NCBI GenBank assembly: GCA_963816135.1 | Contig: CAWFJD010000019.1 | Coordinates: 1,397 to 65,396, forward strand | From: an uncultured Chloroflexia bacterium | Lineage (GTDB): Bacteria > Chloroflexota > Limnocylindria > Limnocylindrales > CSP1-4 | Reading direction: 5' to 3' | DNA length: 64,000 nucleotides | In this document: positions 18,482-27,841 of the stretch, one piece after another | Numbering within the stretch: the first letter of the stretch is position 1 | Layout: the number at the start of each line of letters is the position of its first letter | Position numbers and translations under genes: made by a program | The notes under the pieces: model-generated | Told to the model about the DNA's origin: nothing | Databases searched by the model: none | What the model saw: only the letters and a program-made list of their open reading frames with translations

Positions 18482-19165
18482 TCAGCCGAACCAGAATTGG
18501 ATGGTTTCTTCGTCGATGTAGGACAGCGAGCCCCGCGGTGCCCCGAGTACGCGCTCGAGGGCCTGCTGGAAAGCATCTCCGAGCCGGCGCACCTCAGCGA
18601 CGGTGCCGCTGCCGCTCTGGCAGTTCAGGAAGAGGCGGCTGGCCGACTCGTTGGCCCAGGCGATCAGCCCCACGACGATGTCGGCCGTGCTGGCCGGGTC
18701 GTCCACGTCGAACAGGCCCTGGGACTTGCCCTCGGCGACGATCTGGGTCAGCAGCGGGCGGAGTTGTGGCGCCATCGAGCCGCGGAACTTCTCCCGCACC
18801 ACGATGTTGTCGTCCGACATCCAGACCTGCAGGATCGCGAGCATCAGCTCTTTGCGGGCGGTCTTCCAGCCTGAGATGCCGCTGAACATCCCAACCAGCT
18901 TCTCGACCGCCGTCTTGTCCGAGGCCAGCGTTATCGGCTCGACGGCCTCGAGCGCGGCGACCACGATGCGATCGATGATCGCTTCGAGGAGCGCCTCTTT
19001 CGAGTCGAAATAGTGGTAGAACGCCCCCTTCGACGCCCCCGTCTCGTCGAGCACGTCCTGGATGCTGAGGCTTTCGTAGCCCCTGCTCTGCATCAGCCGC
19101 GTCGCGGCATCCACGAACGTATCCCGCCGGACCGCGTGTGCCGTCGCATTGAGCGTTCGAGCCAT
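18482..19165 (-). CDS. TetR/AcrR family transcriptional regulator
   Basis: HTH SIQDVLDETGASKGAFYHYFDSKEALL. Start taken at M42 of ORF 18482..19288. Confidence 0.88.
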   Translation of the reverse strand: MARTLNATAHAVRRDTFVDAATRLMQSRGYESLSIQDVLDETGASKGAFYHYFDSKEALLEAIIDRIVVAALEAVEPITLASDKTAVEKLVGMFSGISGWKTARKELMLAILQVWMSDDNIVVREKFRGSMAPQLRPLLTQIVAEGKSQGLFDVDDPASTADIVVGLIAWANESASRLFLNCQSGSGTVAEVRRLGDAFQQALERVLGAPRGSLSYIDEETIQFWFG

Positions 19166-19186
19166 CGACTCCGTCCTGATTACCAT

Positions 19187-19199
19187 ACCGACCGTCGGT
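19187..19199. promoter_or_regulatory. Candidate TetR operator palindrome ACCGAC-C-GTCGGT
   Basis: Perfect 6-1-6 inverted repeat in an unusually AT-rich patch (..attaccatACCGACCGTCGGTctaataatagg..), about 22 nt upstream of the TetR start. Confidence 0.4.
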
Positions 19200-19614
19200 C
19201 TAATAATAGGACGGGATGTCAAATTGCGCAGGTGGTGGGGTAGGGTCGCCGTCGCAGAGGCTCGCGACGTCGCGGACTCAACCGCCACGGCTCGACCGAT
19301 CGCGGCTCACCGCTGCCGGGGCCGCGAACCATGAATCGTGGGACGGTCGTTGCGCGCGCCAATCCCTTTGGGCAGCCCTCTTCTGGGCAGGCTTCGCGTC
19401 CCGGAGAATGCGGGCGCGCCGGCCCATTGCGTCCCACCGGATCTACCGGTGATGGGCCGGCGTAATCGCGCCAACGATGCCGGCGATGCCAACGATGCCG
19501 GCGCGGAGTCTGCATCGTGCAACCCCGCAAGATCGCTGAGCCGGGCGGTCGGCCGGCGGCCCACAATCGTCGGGTCCAGATTGGCGCCGCCCGTTCGGGC
19601 AGGCTCATGGGGGA

Positions 19615-20907
19615 GTGTTCATGAACCCCGCGTCGACCGCCGGCAGGGATGCATCCGGAAAGGGAGGACACGCCGCCTCCCTCGAGTTCCGGGGCGTGTC
19701 GAAGCGCTATGGATCCGGTCCCGGGGCGCTCGCCGGCGCCGCACCCGATCCGCTCGGAGTCGACCCCGCGAATTCCACGGGTCTTCCGGTCCCGCCACCG
19801 ATGGCACCAAGCGGCCGAGGAGGTCGATTCGACCGCGACGGTCGGCGGAAGGCCTACACCCCGGCCGCCGTCGAGGACCTCTCGTTCACCGTCCCGTCCG
19901 GCTCCATCTGCGTCCTGGTCGGACCGTCGGGCTGCGGCAAGACCACGAGCCTCAAGATGGTCAACCGGCTCATCGAGCCGAGCGGCGGCCAGATCCTTCT
20001 CGACGGCGTGGACGTCACGACCCAGGACGTCACCCAGTTGCGCCGTCGGATCGGCTACGTGATCCAGCAGGTCGGCCTGTTCCCGCATCTCACCGTCGGC
20101 GAGAACGTGGCGGTGGTGCCAAGCCTCGAGGGTTGGCCCAAGGACCGAAAGGCGGCTCGAACCGAGGAGCTGCTTTCGCTCGTCGGCCTCGACCCGGCCG
20201 TCTACCGGTCCCGCTACCCTTCCCAGCTCTCCGGCGGCGAGCGCCAGAGGATCGGAGTGGCGCGAGCCCTGGCCGCGGATCCGCCGCTGATGCTCATGGA
20301 CGAGCCGTTCGCCGCAGTCGACCCGATCGCCCGGGAGCGCCTCCAGGACGAGTTCCTCCGACTCCAGCGCGAGCTCGCGAAGACGATCCTCTTCGTCACC
20401 CACGACATCGACGAAGCCGTGAAGATGGGCGATCTGATCGCCGTGATGAACCAGGGCCGCCTCGTCCAGTTCGGGCCGCCGGACCGGATCCTGGCCGAGC
20501 CCGCGTCGGATTTCGTGGCCGCACTCGTCGGCGCGGATCGCGGCCTCAAGCGGCTGTCTCTCCGAACCATCCGCGATCTCTCGCCCGAGCCCCTCGACGG
20601 CCGCACGGGCCTGCCCGAGTTCGGGCCCCGGACGAAGCTCCGCGATGCGCTTTCCGTTCTCCTGGCCGCGGACACTCGCGGAGGCGTGGCGCTCGACGAC
20701 GACGGCAAGCCCCGAGGGCTGGTCACGGTCGAGGCCATCGCCGCGGCCCTCAACGACGAGCTGGTAGCGGCGGACGACACGGCGATAGCCGTGACGCCGA
20801 GCAGCCACTCGAGAGGCCGAGGATATGAACGGCGAGCCGCTGATCCGCTGGGACTGGATCGGGTCCACGTCGGCGCCATCGGCGACCGGGTCGGCCAGCA
20901 CCTCTAG
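19615..20907 (+). CDS. Osmoprotectant (glycine betaine/proline-type) ABC transporter ATP-binding protein with C-terminal CBS region. Carries a ~45-aa N-terminal insertion. The 3' end is possibly also frame-disturbed.
   Basis: GPSGCGKTT, LSGGERQR, LMLMDEPF, VTHDIDEA. A TGA in another frame (20826-20828) forms an ATGA overlap with the permease start at 20825, suggesting the native stop was there. Confidence 0.85.
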   Translation: MFMNPASTAGRDASGKGGHAASLEFRGVSKRYGSGPGALAGAAPDPLGVDPANSTGLPVPPPMAPSGRGGRFDRDGRRKAYTPAAVEDLSFTVPSGSICVLVGPSGCGKTTSLKMVNRLIEPSGGQILLDGVDVTTQDVTQLRRRIGYVIQQVGLFPHLTVGENVAVVPSLEGWPKDRKAARTEELLSLVGLDPAVYRSRYPSQLSGGERQRIGVARALAADPPLMLMDEPFAAVDPIARERLQDEFLRLQRELAKTILFVTHDIDEAVKMGDLIAVMNQGRLVQFGPPDRILAEPASDFVAALVGADRGLKRLSLRTIRDLSPEPLDGRTGLPEFGPRTKLRDALSVLLAADTRGGVALDDDGKPRGLVTVEAIAAALNDELVAADDTAIAVTPSSHSRGRGYERRAADPLGLDRVHVGAIGDRVGQHL

Positions 20908-21495
20908 CTGGCCGCGATCGCGATCGTCGTCGGCTTCGCCATCTCGTTCGCGCTCGCCACGCTCGTCGATCCGGCAGCGCCGGCTCTACCCAGTCGATCG
21001 CCGTCAGCGCCACGGTCGCCTACACGATCCCGAGCTTCGCCATGTTCGCCGCGCTGGTCGCCATCACCGGCCTGACGACCTTGACCGCCGAGGTTCCGCT
21101 CGTCCTCTACACCTTCGTCTTGCTGGTGCCCAACATCGTCGCGGGCTTCGACTCCGTCCCGCCGGACGTGCTCGACGCCGCGGACGGCATGGGCTTCTCG
21201 CGCGGCCAGCGCTGGCGCAGGGTGGAGCTGCCCCTGGCGGTGCCGTTGATCGTGGCCGGCCTCCGTCTCGCGACCGTCTCGACCATCGGGCTCGTGACCG
21301 TCTCGGCGATCATCGGCAACAGCTTCGGTGGCCTGGGCTACTACATCCTCGACGGCTACAACCGCACGTTCTCGACCGAGATCCTCGTCGGCGGGCTGCT
21401 CTCGATCGCCCTGGCAGTGGCCGCGGACCTCGGCTTCGTGTTTGCTGCAGCGTCTGCTCACGCCCTGGGCCGCGGCCCGGGCCTCGGTGCGCTAG
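20825..21495 (+). pseudogene. Osmoprotectant ABC permease 1, at least four frame changes plus an in-frame TAG (20905-20907)
   Basis: The conserved sequence is spread over frames: MNGEPLIRWDWIGS / HVGAIGDRVGQHL*LAAIAIVVGFAISFALATLV / IRQRRLYPV / IAVSATVAYTIPSFAMFAALV..GLLSIALAVAADLGFV / LLQRLLTPWAAARASVR*. Confidence 0.8.
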
Positions 21496-21500
21496 GAGTG

Positions 21501-22205
21501 ATGGACATCGTCAATGCGGCAGCGATCCAGTGGCTCGCGGACCCGGCGAACTGGCAGGGGCCCAACGGCATTCCGGCCAGGCTCGAGGAGCACGTCGCCC
21601 TGAGCGCGGCTCGCTGCTGCTGGCCGCGCGTCGTCGCTCTGCCGCTCGGGCTCGTACATCGGCCACTACCGGCCGGTTCTCGTGGCTGATCGTCTCGTCC
21701 GCGAATGCCTGGCGGGCATTGCCGTCGTTCGCCGTCATCGGCGCTGCTCGTTCCGTTCACCACGGCGATCGACCCGGATCTCGGCTTCAAGCTCTACCCA
21801 ACGTTGATCGCCATGGTCGTGCTGGCCGGCCCGCCGCTTCTGGTCAACTGCCTATCAGGGCGTGGCGTCGGTGGACCGCGACCTCATCGAGGCCGCTCGC
21901 GGGATGGGCATGAAGGAGCGTCAGATCCTGACGAATCTGGAGATCCCAATCGCGCTGCCCGTGATCGCCACGGGCATCCGCTCGGCCGCGGTCCAGGTCA
22001 TCGCCACCGCGACGCTCGGCATCGATCTTCGGCTTCGGCGGCCTGGGCCGCTACATCATCCTGGGCGAGGCCAACCACGACAACGGCGAGCTGTTCGGCG
22101 GCGTCGTGCTCGTTGCGGCGCTGGCGCTGGTCACGTTCGCGGCTTTTCACGCTCGTCGAGCACCGGCTGGTGTCGCCGGGACTGACCGCCCGTACCGCTA
22201 ACTGA
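21501..22205 (+). pseudogene. Osmoprotectant ABC permease 2, about six successive +1 frameshifts
   Basis: AGGAG RBS then ATG at 21501. Segments: MDIVNAAAIQWL..VVALPLGL / YIGH / TGRFSWLIVSSANAWRALPSFAVIGA / LLVPFTTAIDPDLGFKLYPTLIAMVVLAGPPLLVNC / YQGVASVDRDLIEAARGMGMKERQILTNLEIPIALPVI.. / IFGFGGLGRYIILG.. / TLVEHRLVSPG.. The frames rotate 0,1,2,0,1,2,0. Confidence 0.8.
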
Positions 22206-22348
22206 GTCCAGGGCCGGCCCGACGCGTATTCCGCGGTGCGCCTGACGGGAATCCTGTCAGAGATTGACACTCCTCAACCTATGCTCGGCTCAGCGCCGTG
22301 CGCGGGCCAGCTTATGGATCGCGCGGTGGGAATAGGGAGGTGGACCCA

Positions 22349-23293
22349 ATGCGGATAACCCGCATGCTGGCTCTCGGGGCGGCGGTCATGGTGCTCGTGG
22401 GCGCCTGTTCGTCGGGTGGGAGCGGAAGCTCGAGCAGCCAGACGGTGGCGGGCGCGACGGGCGCCGCCAACGTCACCATCAAACTCGGGTCCGACGGCTT
22501 CTACGAGTCGCAAATCATGGCCGAGATCTACGCCCAGGCGCTCGAGGCCAAGGGCTACAAGATCGACCGGACCGGGCTCGGCCTCGGCACCCGCAAAGTC
22601 ACGGCGGCGGCCCTCGAGAGCGGCAAGATCGACCTCAAGCCCGAGTACATCGGCAGCGGCCTGGCCTTCTACCAGGGCAAGGCCACGGGCGATCCGGCGG
22701 CGAACGAAACCGCGCTCCAGACGATCCTGACCGGCAAGGGCGGTGGCATCACCGTTCTCAACTTCTCGCCGGCGGCGGACCAGAACGCCTTCGTGGTCAC
22801 CAAGGCGACGTCGACCAAGGACAACCTGACGACACTCGACCAGGTCGCGGCCATCACCCCGGCGCTCAAGTTCGGCGTGGCGACCGACTGCTCCACCAAC
22901 CCGGTGTGCGCGGCGGCGCTCAAGAGCGCTTACGGGATCGACGTCTCGAACGCTCTGCCGCTCTCGGCCTGCGACCAGCCGATGGTCGACGCCATCAAGG
23001 CCGGCACGATCGACGTCGGCGAGCTCTGCTCCACTCAGCCCGACATCGCCCAGAACGGTTGGGTGATCCTGGCTGACGACAAGCACACCCAGCCCGCCGA
23101 CAACATCGCCCCGCTCGTCCGCAACGACCTGCTGGCCAAGGTGGACAAGGCGAGCTTCGAGGCGATCCTCAACAACATCTCGGCCAAGATGACCACCGAC
23201 GAGCTGACCAAGCTCAACGCCGAGTACGTCTTCGACAAGAAGGACGTCCCGACGATCGCCAAGGAGTGGCTGACGCAGAACAGCCTGCCGTAG
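22349..23293 (+). CDS. Glycine betaine/osmoprotectant ABC transporter substrate-binding lipoprotein
   Basis: GGGAGG RBS. Lipobox LVGAC. OpuAC-type sequence (ESQIMAEIYAQALEAKGY, LKPEYIGS, WVILADDK..QPADNIAPLVRND). Intact. Confidence 0.9.
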   Translation: MRITRMLALGAAVMVLVGACSSGGSGSSSSQTVAGATGAANVTIKLGSDGFYESQIMAEIYAQALEAKGYKIDRTGLGLGTRKVTAAALESGKIDLKPEYIGSGLAFYQGKATGDPAANETALQTILTGKGGGITVLNFSPAADQNAFVVTKATSTKDNLTTLDQVAAITPALKFGVATDCSTNPVCAAALKSAYGIDVSNALPLSACDQPMVDAIKAGTIDVGELCSTQPDIAQNGWVILADDKHTQPADNIAPLVRNDLLAKVDKASFEAILNNISAKMTTDELTKLNAEYVFDKKDVPTIAKEWLTQNSLP

Positions 23294-23346
23294 GCTCGAA
23301 CGTGCGGGCCGACGCGGCCCGGGCCATTCTCCCCCGTTCACTTTGG

Positions 23347-23377
23347 AAGCGGCCGAGGCAACCAGCTTCGGCCGCTT
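23347..23377. terminator. 10-bp GC hairpin between the convergent SBP and MFS genes (weak terminator candidate)
   Basis: aagcggccga-(11 nt loop)-tcggccgctt followed by cttcgtg. There is no strong T-tract. Confidence 0.35.
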
Positions 23378-23437
23378 CTTCGTGATGGGCCGGCGTGGAG
23401 TCAGGCCGTCTCGCGGCTGAGGTCGTGGCGAAGGTCG

Positions 23438-25151
23438 TCAGGCGGCCGCGTGGCCCTCGTCCCGCTCGCTTTCGGCGTCGGGCGACTGCTGCCCGGAGCC
23501 GCGACGGGTCAACTCGTCCTGGATGCCGATGCCGTTGACCACCGCGCCCACGGCCAGCAGCCCCGCGGAGATCGCCATGGCGAGGTGGAACGAATCGGTC
23601 GACGACTGGTACGCGGCCGCGACTACGTCCGGTGAGACCGATGCGTCCGGCCGGTTGAGAGGCGGAACCTGGAGCCGGACCTGCTGCGAGCTCGTATCGA
23701 GGCCGGGCACCCGGTTCGACAGGTCGGCGTAGAAAGCGCCCGTGACGGCGACGAAGACGAGCGCTCCGGCAAGCTGCGGGCCAACCCTGGAGATCGCGTT
23801 GTTGATCGCGGAGCCCAGGCCCGCCCGGGCCTCGGGAAGAGACGTCATGAGCGCGGTCGTCAAGCGGCGCGACCGTGATCGCGAGGCCGAGCCCGAACAG
23901 GATCGAGGACGGCAGGAAGTCGACCAGGTAGCCGCTCGACGGGATCCAGCTGGCCGGATTGCCCGGCTGCAGGTTCCAGGGCGCGCTGTCGGCGGGCAGT
24001 CGGGTCAGCCAGAGGATGCCGGCGGCCATCACGATTGGACCGATGGTCATGAAGCGCCGCGGCCCGAACCGCGCCCCGAGAGAGCCCATCCGCGACGAAA
24101 GGAAGATCAGGAACAAGGCGCCGGGGGTCGAGATGAAGCCCGCGGCGACGGGGCTGTAGCCGAGCGTCCCCTGGCTGAAGATGGCCTGCTGGTAGCCGAT
24201 CACGTACAGCGCGCCGTAAATCAGCAGCGTGGACAGGTTCGTCACCGAGAAGTTCCGCGAGCGGAACAGCCCCAGGGGCACCAGCGGATGCGTGCCCCGG
24301 GCCATGAGGACGACGAATGCGACCGCCGCGGCCAGTCCGATGACGATCGCTACCGGCCCCACGGGGCCCTGCCAGTCATGTTGCTGGCCGTAAATGGCGC
24401 CGAAGGAAAGGCCGCCGACCGCCAGGGCCACGACCGCGGCACCAAGCCAGTCGAAGCGCCGGGCGGCGTCCGGGTTGCTGCTCTCCTGGACGTACCGCCG
24501 CAAGGCCCACAGGGCGACGAGGATGATCGGGATGTTGATGAAGAAGACCGCCCGCCAGGTCAGCGTCTGCACGAGGACGCCGCCGACGATCGGTCCGAGG
24601 ATGGAGGTGGCGCTGGCCGCCGCCGCCCAGAGGCCGAAGGCCCGCCCGCGTGCCGGACCTTCGAATGTGCTGGTGAGAAGGGCCAGCGAACCGGGCACGA
24701 GCAGGGCCCCGGCGGCGCCCTGGGCGATGCGCAGGACGATGAGGCTCTCCATGTTCGGGGCCAGGCCGCACAGCATGGAGATGCCGCCGAAGCCGATCAG
24801 CCCGATCCTGAAGAAGCGGCGACGGCCGTAGGCGTCGGCCAGCGCTCCGGCGAGGATGAGGAGCGCGCTCAGGCTCAGCAGATAGGCGTTGTAGACGTAG
24901 GACTCGCCCTCGAGGACGCCGAAGAAGCTGCTCGGCAGGTCTTGCCCGATCCTCTGGAGGGCCACGTTGACCACGGTCGAGTCGAGGAACACGACTCCGG
25001 TTCCCAGGATCGCGGCGAACAACGTGCCGGTCTTGCGGTTCAAATGCGCGCCCGAATCTGCGACTTGCCCACGAATCGTCTCCCTCGACCCCGTTTGGGC
25101 TGCCGCGAGATGCTGGCGCGGCCCGACTCGGCCTGGCAACGTCCGTCGCAT
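23438..25151 (-). pseudogene. MFS transporter, DHA2 family, one apparent +1 frameshift near 23864
   Basis: ORF 23214..25289 is a typical DHA2 up to ..LGLAITVAPL. The C-terminus (TTALMTSLPEARAGLGSAINNAISRVG..) is ORF 23438..23863 in the next frame. The start (M47) is uncertain. Confidence 0.85.
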
Positions 25152-25244
25152 CAGGCGGCGAGAGCCGGGGGCAGCGGCCGGCTGGCCGCCTGGCCTTGCC
25201 GTCTCGGCTTGCCGGACGCGGCACGTCGCCGGGAGAATGCCCGC

Positions 25245-26050
25245 ATGCGCTTTCGGGATCATCGTCAACGCGGGCGATCCGGCCGTCATGGCAGGCCTGG
25301 CACACGAGGCCGAGGAGGCAGGCTGGGACGGCGTCTTCTACTTCGACGGCGTAGCCGTCGGCGACGGTGAGATCTACGACCCGTGGGTGGTCATGGCGGC
25401 GATGGCCGTCAAGACGACCCGCGTCAGACTGGGCGCGATCGTGACTCCGCCGTCGCGCCGCCGGCCCTGGAAGCTGGCGCGCGAAACCATGACGCTCGAT
25501 CGCCTGTCGAACGGCCGGCTCGTGGTACCCGTGGGTCTCGGCGCGCTCGACGACGCCGCTTTCGCCAACGTCGGCGAGCCGGTGGACATCGTGACCAGGG
25601 CGCAACTTCTCGACGAGTCGCTCGCGATCCTCGACGGCCTGTGGAGCGGGCGACCGTTCGGGTTCGAAGGCCGTCATTACCGATTCGGCCCGATGACCTT
25701 CAAGCCCACGCCCGTACAACAGCCGCGGATCCCGATCTGGGTCGTGGGAGCCTGGCCGCACGAGCGATCGATCCGGCGGGCACTACGTTGGGACGGCGTC
25801 GTGGCCCAGGTGGCCGACGCGGCCGAAACGCGTGCTCTCGTCGAGTTCTGCGAGCGCGAGCGGCCCGCCGAGCTGGCCGGCCGGCCGTTCGAGGTCGTCG
25901 TCAGCGGGCAGGCCGGCGCGCGTGGGCAGCGAACCCGTGGCGCGCTACGCGGAGGCCGGGGCCACGTGGTGGATCGAGGCGAACTGGCTGACTCCGTCCG
26001 TCGACTCGATTCGTCGCAGGATCGCCGGCGGTCCACCGCAACTCGGCTGA
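25245..26050 (+). pseudogene. LLM-class (luciferase-like) F420/flavin-dependent oxidoreductase, apparent +1 frameshifts near 25254 and ~25925
   Basis: GGGAGA-N8-ATG(25245) gives MRF, then GIIVNAGDP.. continues in ORF 24967..26178. The conserved tail PVARYAEAGATWWIE.. is ORF 25832..26050 in the next frame. Confidence 0.8.
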
Positions 26051-26325
26051 GGGCCAGGCTCGCGCGGCCCGGGCCCGCGGCCGGAGGCCGGCGGGCGGCC
26101 GGCGGGCCGCGCGGGAGGTCGGACGTCGTCTCCAGGCAAGAGGGCACTTTCGCGAAGTCGCGTCTTGTCTCGCTGTGAGAACGGGTCGATGCGGGCAGGG
26201 GAACTGTTCGCAATCGTATGCGAGCTTGCCCGATCATCAGGTTCAGCGGAACTCGCTCGCCCGGCTGGCCGAGCGTCGACACACCGCCAGCCCCACCCCT
26301 CCGGTCAACAAGCGCGAGGTTACGG

Positions 26326-27294
26326 ATGAGTTTGTCCCGGCTCGACGGCATCGCCCCCGGTCGTTTCGGCGTCTTCGCCGGGCCGCTCAACGCTCAGCCC
26401 TCGTCGATCCAACGCGGTTTTGCCCGCCAGATGGAGCAGCTCGGCTACGGAACCCTGTGGGTCGGGGAGGGGCTCGCGCAGGAGGCGTTCGGCCGGGCGG
26501 CGATCCTGCTGTCCGCGACGGAGAGGCTCGTGGTCGCGACCGGGATCGCCAACATCTGGGCTCGCGACGCGGCCGCCATGGCCAACGGCGGCCGGACCCT
26601 CGCCGAAGCGTTCCCGCACCGCTTTCTGTTGGGCATCGGCGTCAGCCATGCGCCCATCGTCCGGGCCCGTGGCCACGACTACAGCCGCCCGTATTCGGCC
26701 ATGCGCGACTACCTGACCGCCATGACCGAGGTGACCTGGCGCGGCCCCGAAGCGGAGATGCCGCCGATCGTGCTTGCCGCACTGGGACCGAAGATGTCGG
26801 CGCTCGCGGCGGAGCGGACCGCCGGCGCTTACCCGTACTTCACCACGTGTGAGCATGTCCGCGAAGTCAGGTCCATCCTGGGCCCCGAGCCCTTCCTGGC
26901 AGCCGATCTGCCGGTCGTGCTCGCGGACAACCTGCGGGCCGCCCGAACGATCGGCGATCGCCATCTGGCCAACTACCTTCGGGCCGAGAACTATCGCAAC
27001 AACCTGGCGCGCCTGGGATGGTCGGATGCGGACCTGGACCTGCCGGGTTCGACCAGGCTCTTCGATGAGATCGTCGCCTGGGGCACTCCCGAGCAGATCT
27101 CCGAGAAGGTCGCCGAGAGGTTCGAGGCGGGAGCCGACCAGGTCGTCTTCAATCTGATCGCCTCGGACTCGTCCGTGCCGCCGCTCACCGAGCTCGAGCG
27201 TCTCGCCCCGATCGTCTGCTTCCAGGACTCCGGCCCCGTCTCGGTAGGTGACCTGGCGGGGCCGCCACGAAGTCCTTGCCCGAAGCGCGGCTAG
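26326..27294 (+). CDS. LLM-class F420-dependent oxidoreductase
   Basis: M37 of ORF 26218..27294. GYGTLWVGE, LLGIGVSH, LAALGPKM, AGAYPYF, typical of the family. Intact. Confidence 0.85.
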   Translation: MSLSRLDGIAPGRFGVFAGPLNAQPSSIQRGFARQMEQLGYGTLWVGEGLAQEAFGRAAILLSATERLVVATGIANIWARDAAAMANGGRTLAEAFPHRFLLGIGVSHAPIVRARGHDYSRPYSAMRDYLTAMTEVTWRGPEAEMPPIVLAALGPKMSALAAERTAGAYPYFTTCEHVREVRSILGPEPFLAADLPVVLADNLRAARTIGDRHLANYLRAENYRNNLARLGWSDADLDLPGSTRLFDEIVAWGTPEQISEKVAERFEAGADQVVFNLIASDSSVPPLTELERLAPIVCFQDSGPVSVGDLAGPPRSPCPKRG

Positions 27295-27305
27295 CATGGT
27301 TGACC

Positions 27306-27710
27306 ATGCAACAGTCCACTTCTTCAGCCTCGAATCAAATCGACGCCGCCACTCGCCAGGCCCTGAGCCACGGCGGACTCGTCGACATCACTACCACGGG
27401 TCGCGTGAGCGGCGAGGCGCGTCGCATCGAGATCGCGTTCCACGTCATCGACGGACGCATCTACATCAGCGGCCAGCCGAACCCGGCCCGGCGTCGCAGC
27501 TGGCTGGCCAACCTCGAGGCCAGGCCCGAATTTACCTTCCATGTGAAGAACGGCGCCCGGGCCGATCTTCCGGCGACGGCCCGCATCATCGACGACCCCG
27601 CCGAACGCCGAACGATCCTCGCCCACGTGGCGCGGGCCTGGCAGCGGACGGACCTCGAAGCGATGATCGAGCACAGCCCCCTGATCGAGGTCACGATCGC
27701 CGGACTCTAG
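27306..27710 (+). CDS. Deazaflavin (F420H2)-dependent nitroreductase/quinone reductase family protein (DDN-like)
   Basis: ITTTGRVSGEARRIEIAFHVIDGRIYISGQPNP..WLANLEARPEFTFHV.. Confidence 0.85.
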   Translation: MQQSTSSASNQIDAATRQALSHGGLVDITTTGRVSGEARRIEIAFHVIDGRIYISGQPNPARRRSWLANLEARPEFTFHVKNGARADLPATARIIDDPAERRTILAHVARAWQRTDLEAMIEHSPLIEVTIAGL

Positions 27711-27752
27711 GAAGTCGTCGGGGCGGGCAGCCGTCGCGACGAGGCGGCCCGC

Positions 27753-27836
27753 GGCCACGGCCCGGCGCGCGACCCGGCCGGCGGCCACGGCCCGGCCGGC
27801 GGCCACGGCCCGGCCGGCGGCCACGGCCCGGCCGCG
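27753..27836. repeat. 18-bp GC-rich tandem repeat (unit ~GGCCACGGCCCGGCCGGC, ~4.5 copies)
   Basis: Seen directly between the convergent stops at 27710 and 27842. Confidence 0.7.
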
Positions 27837-27841
27837 CGGCG

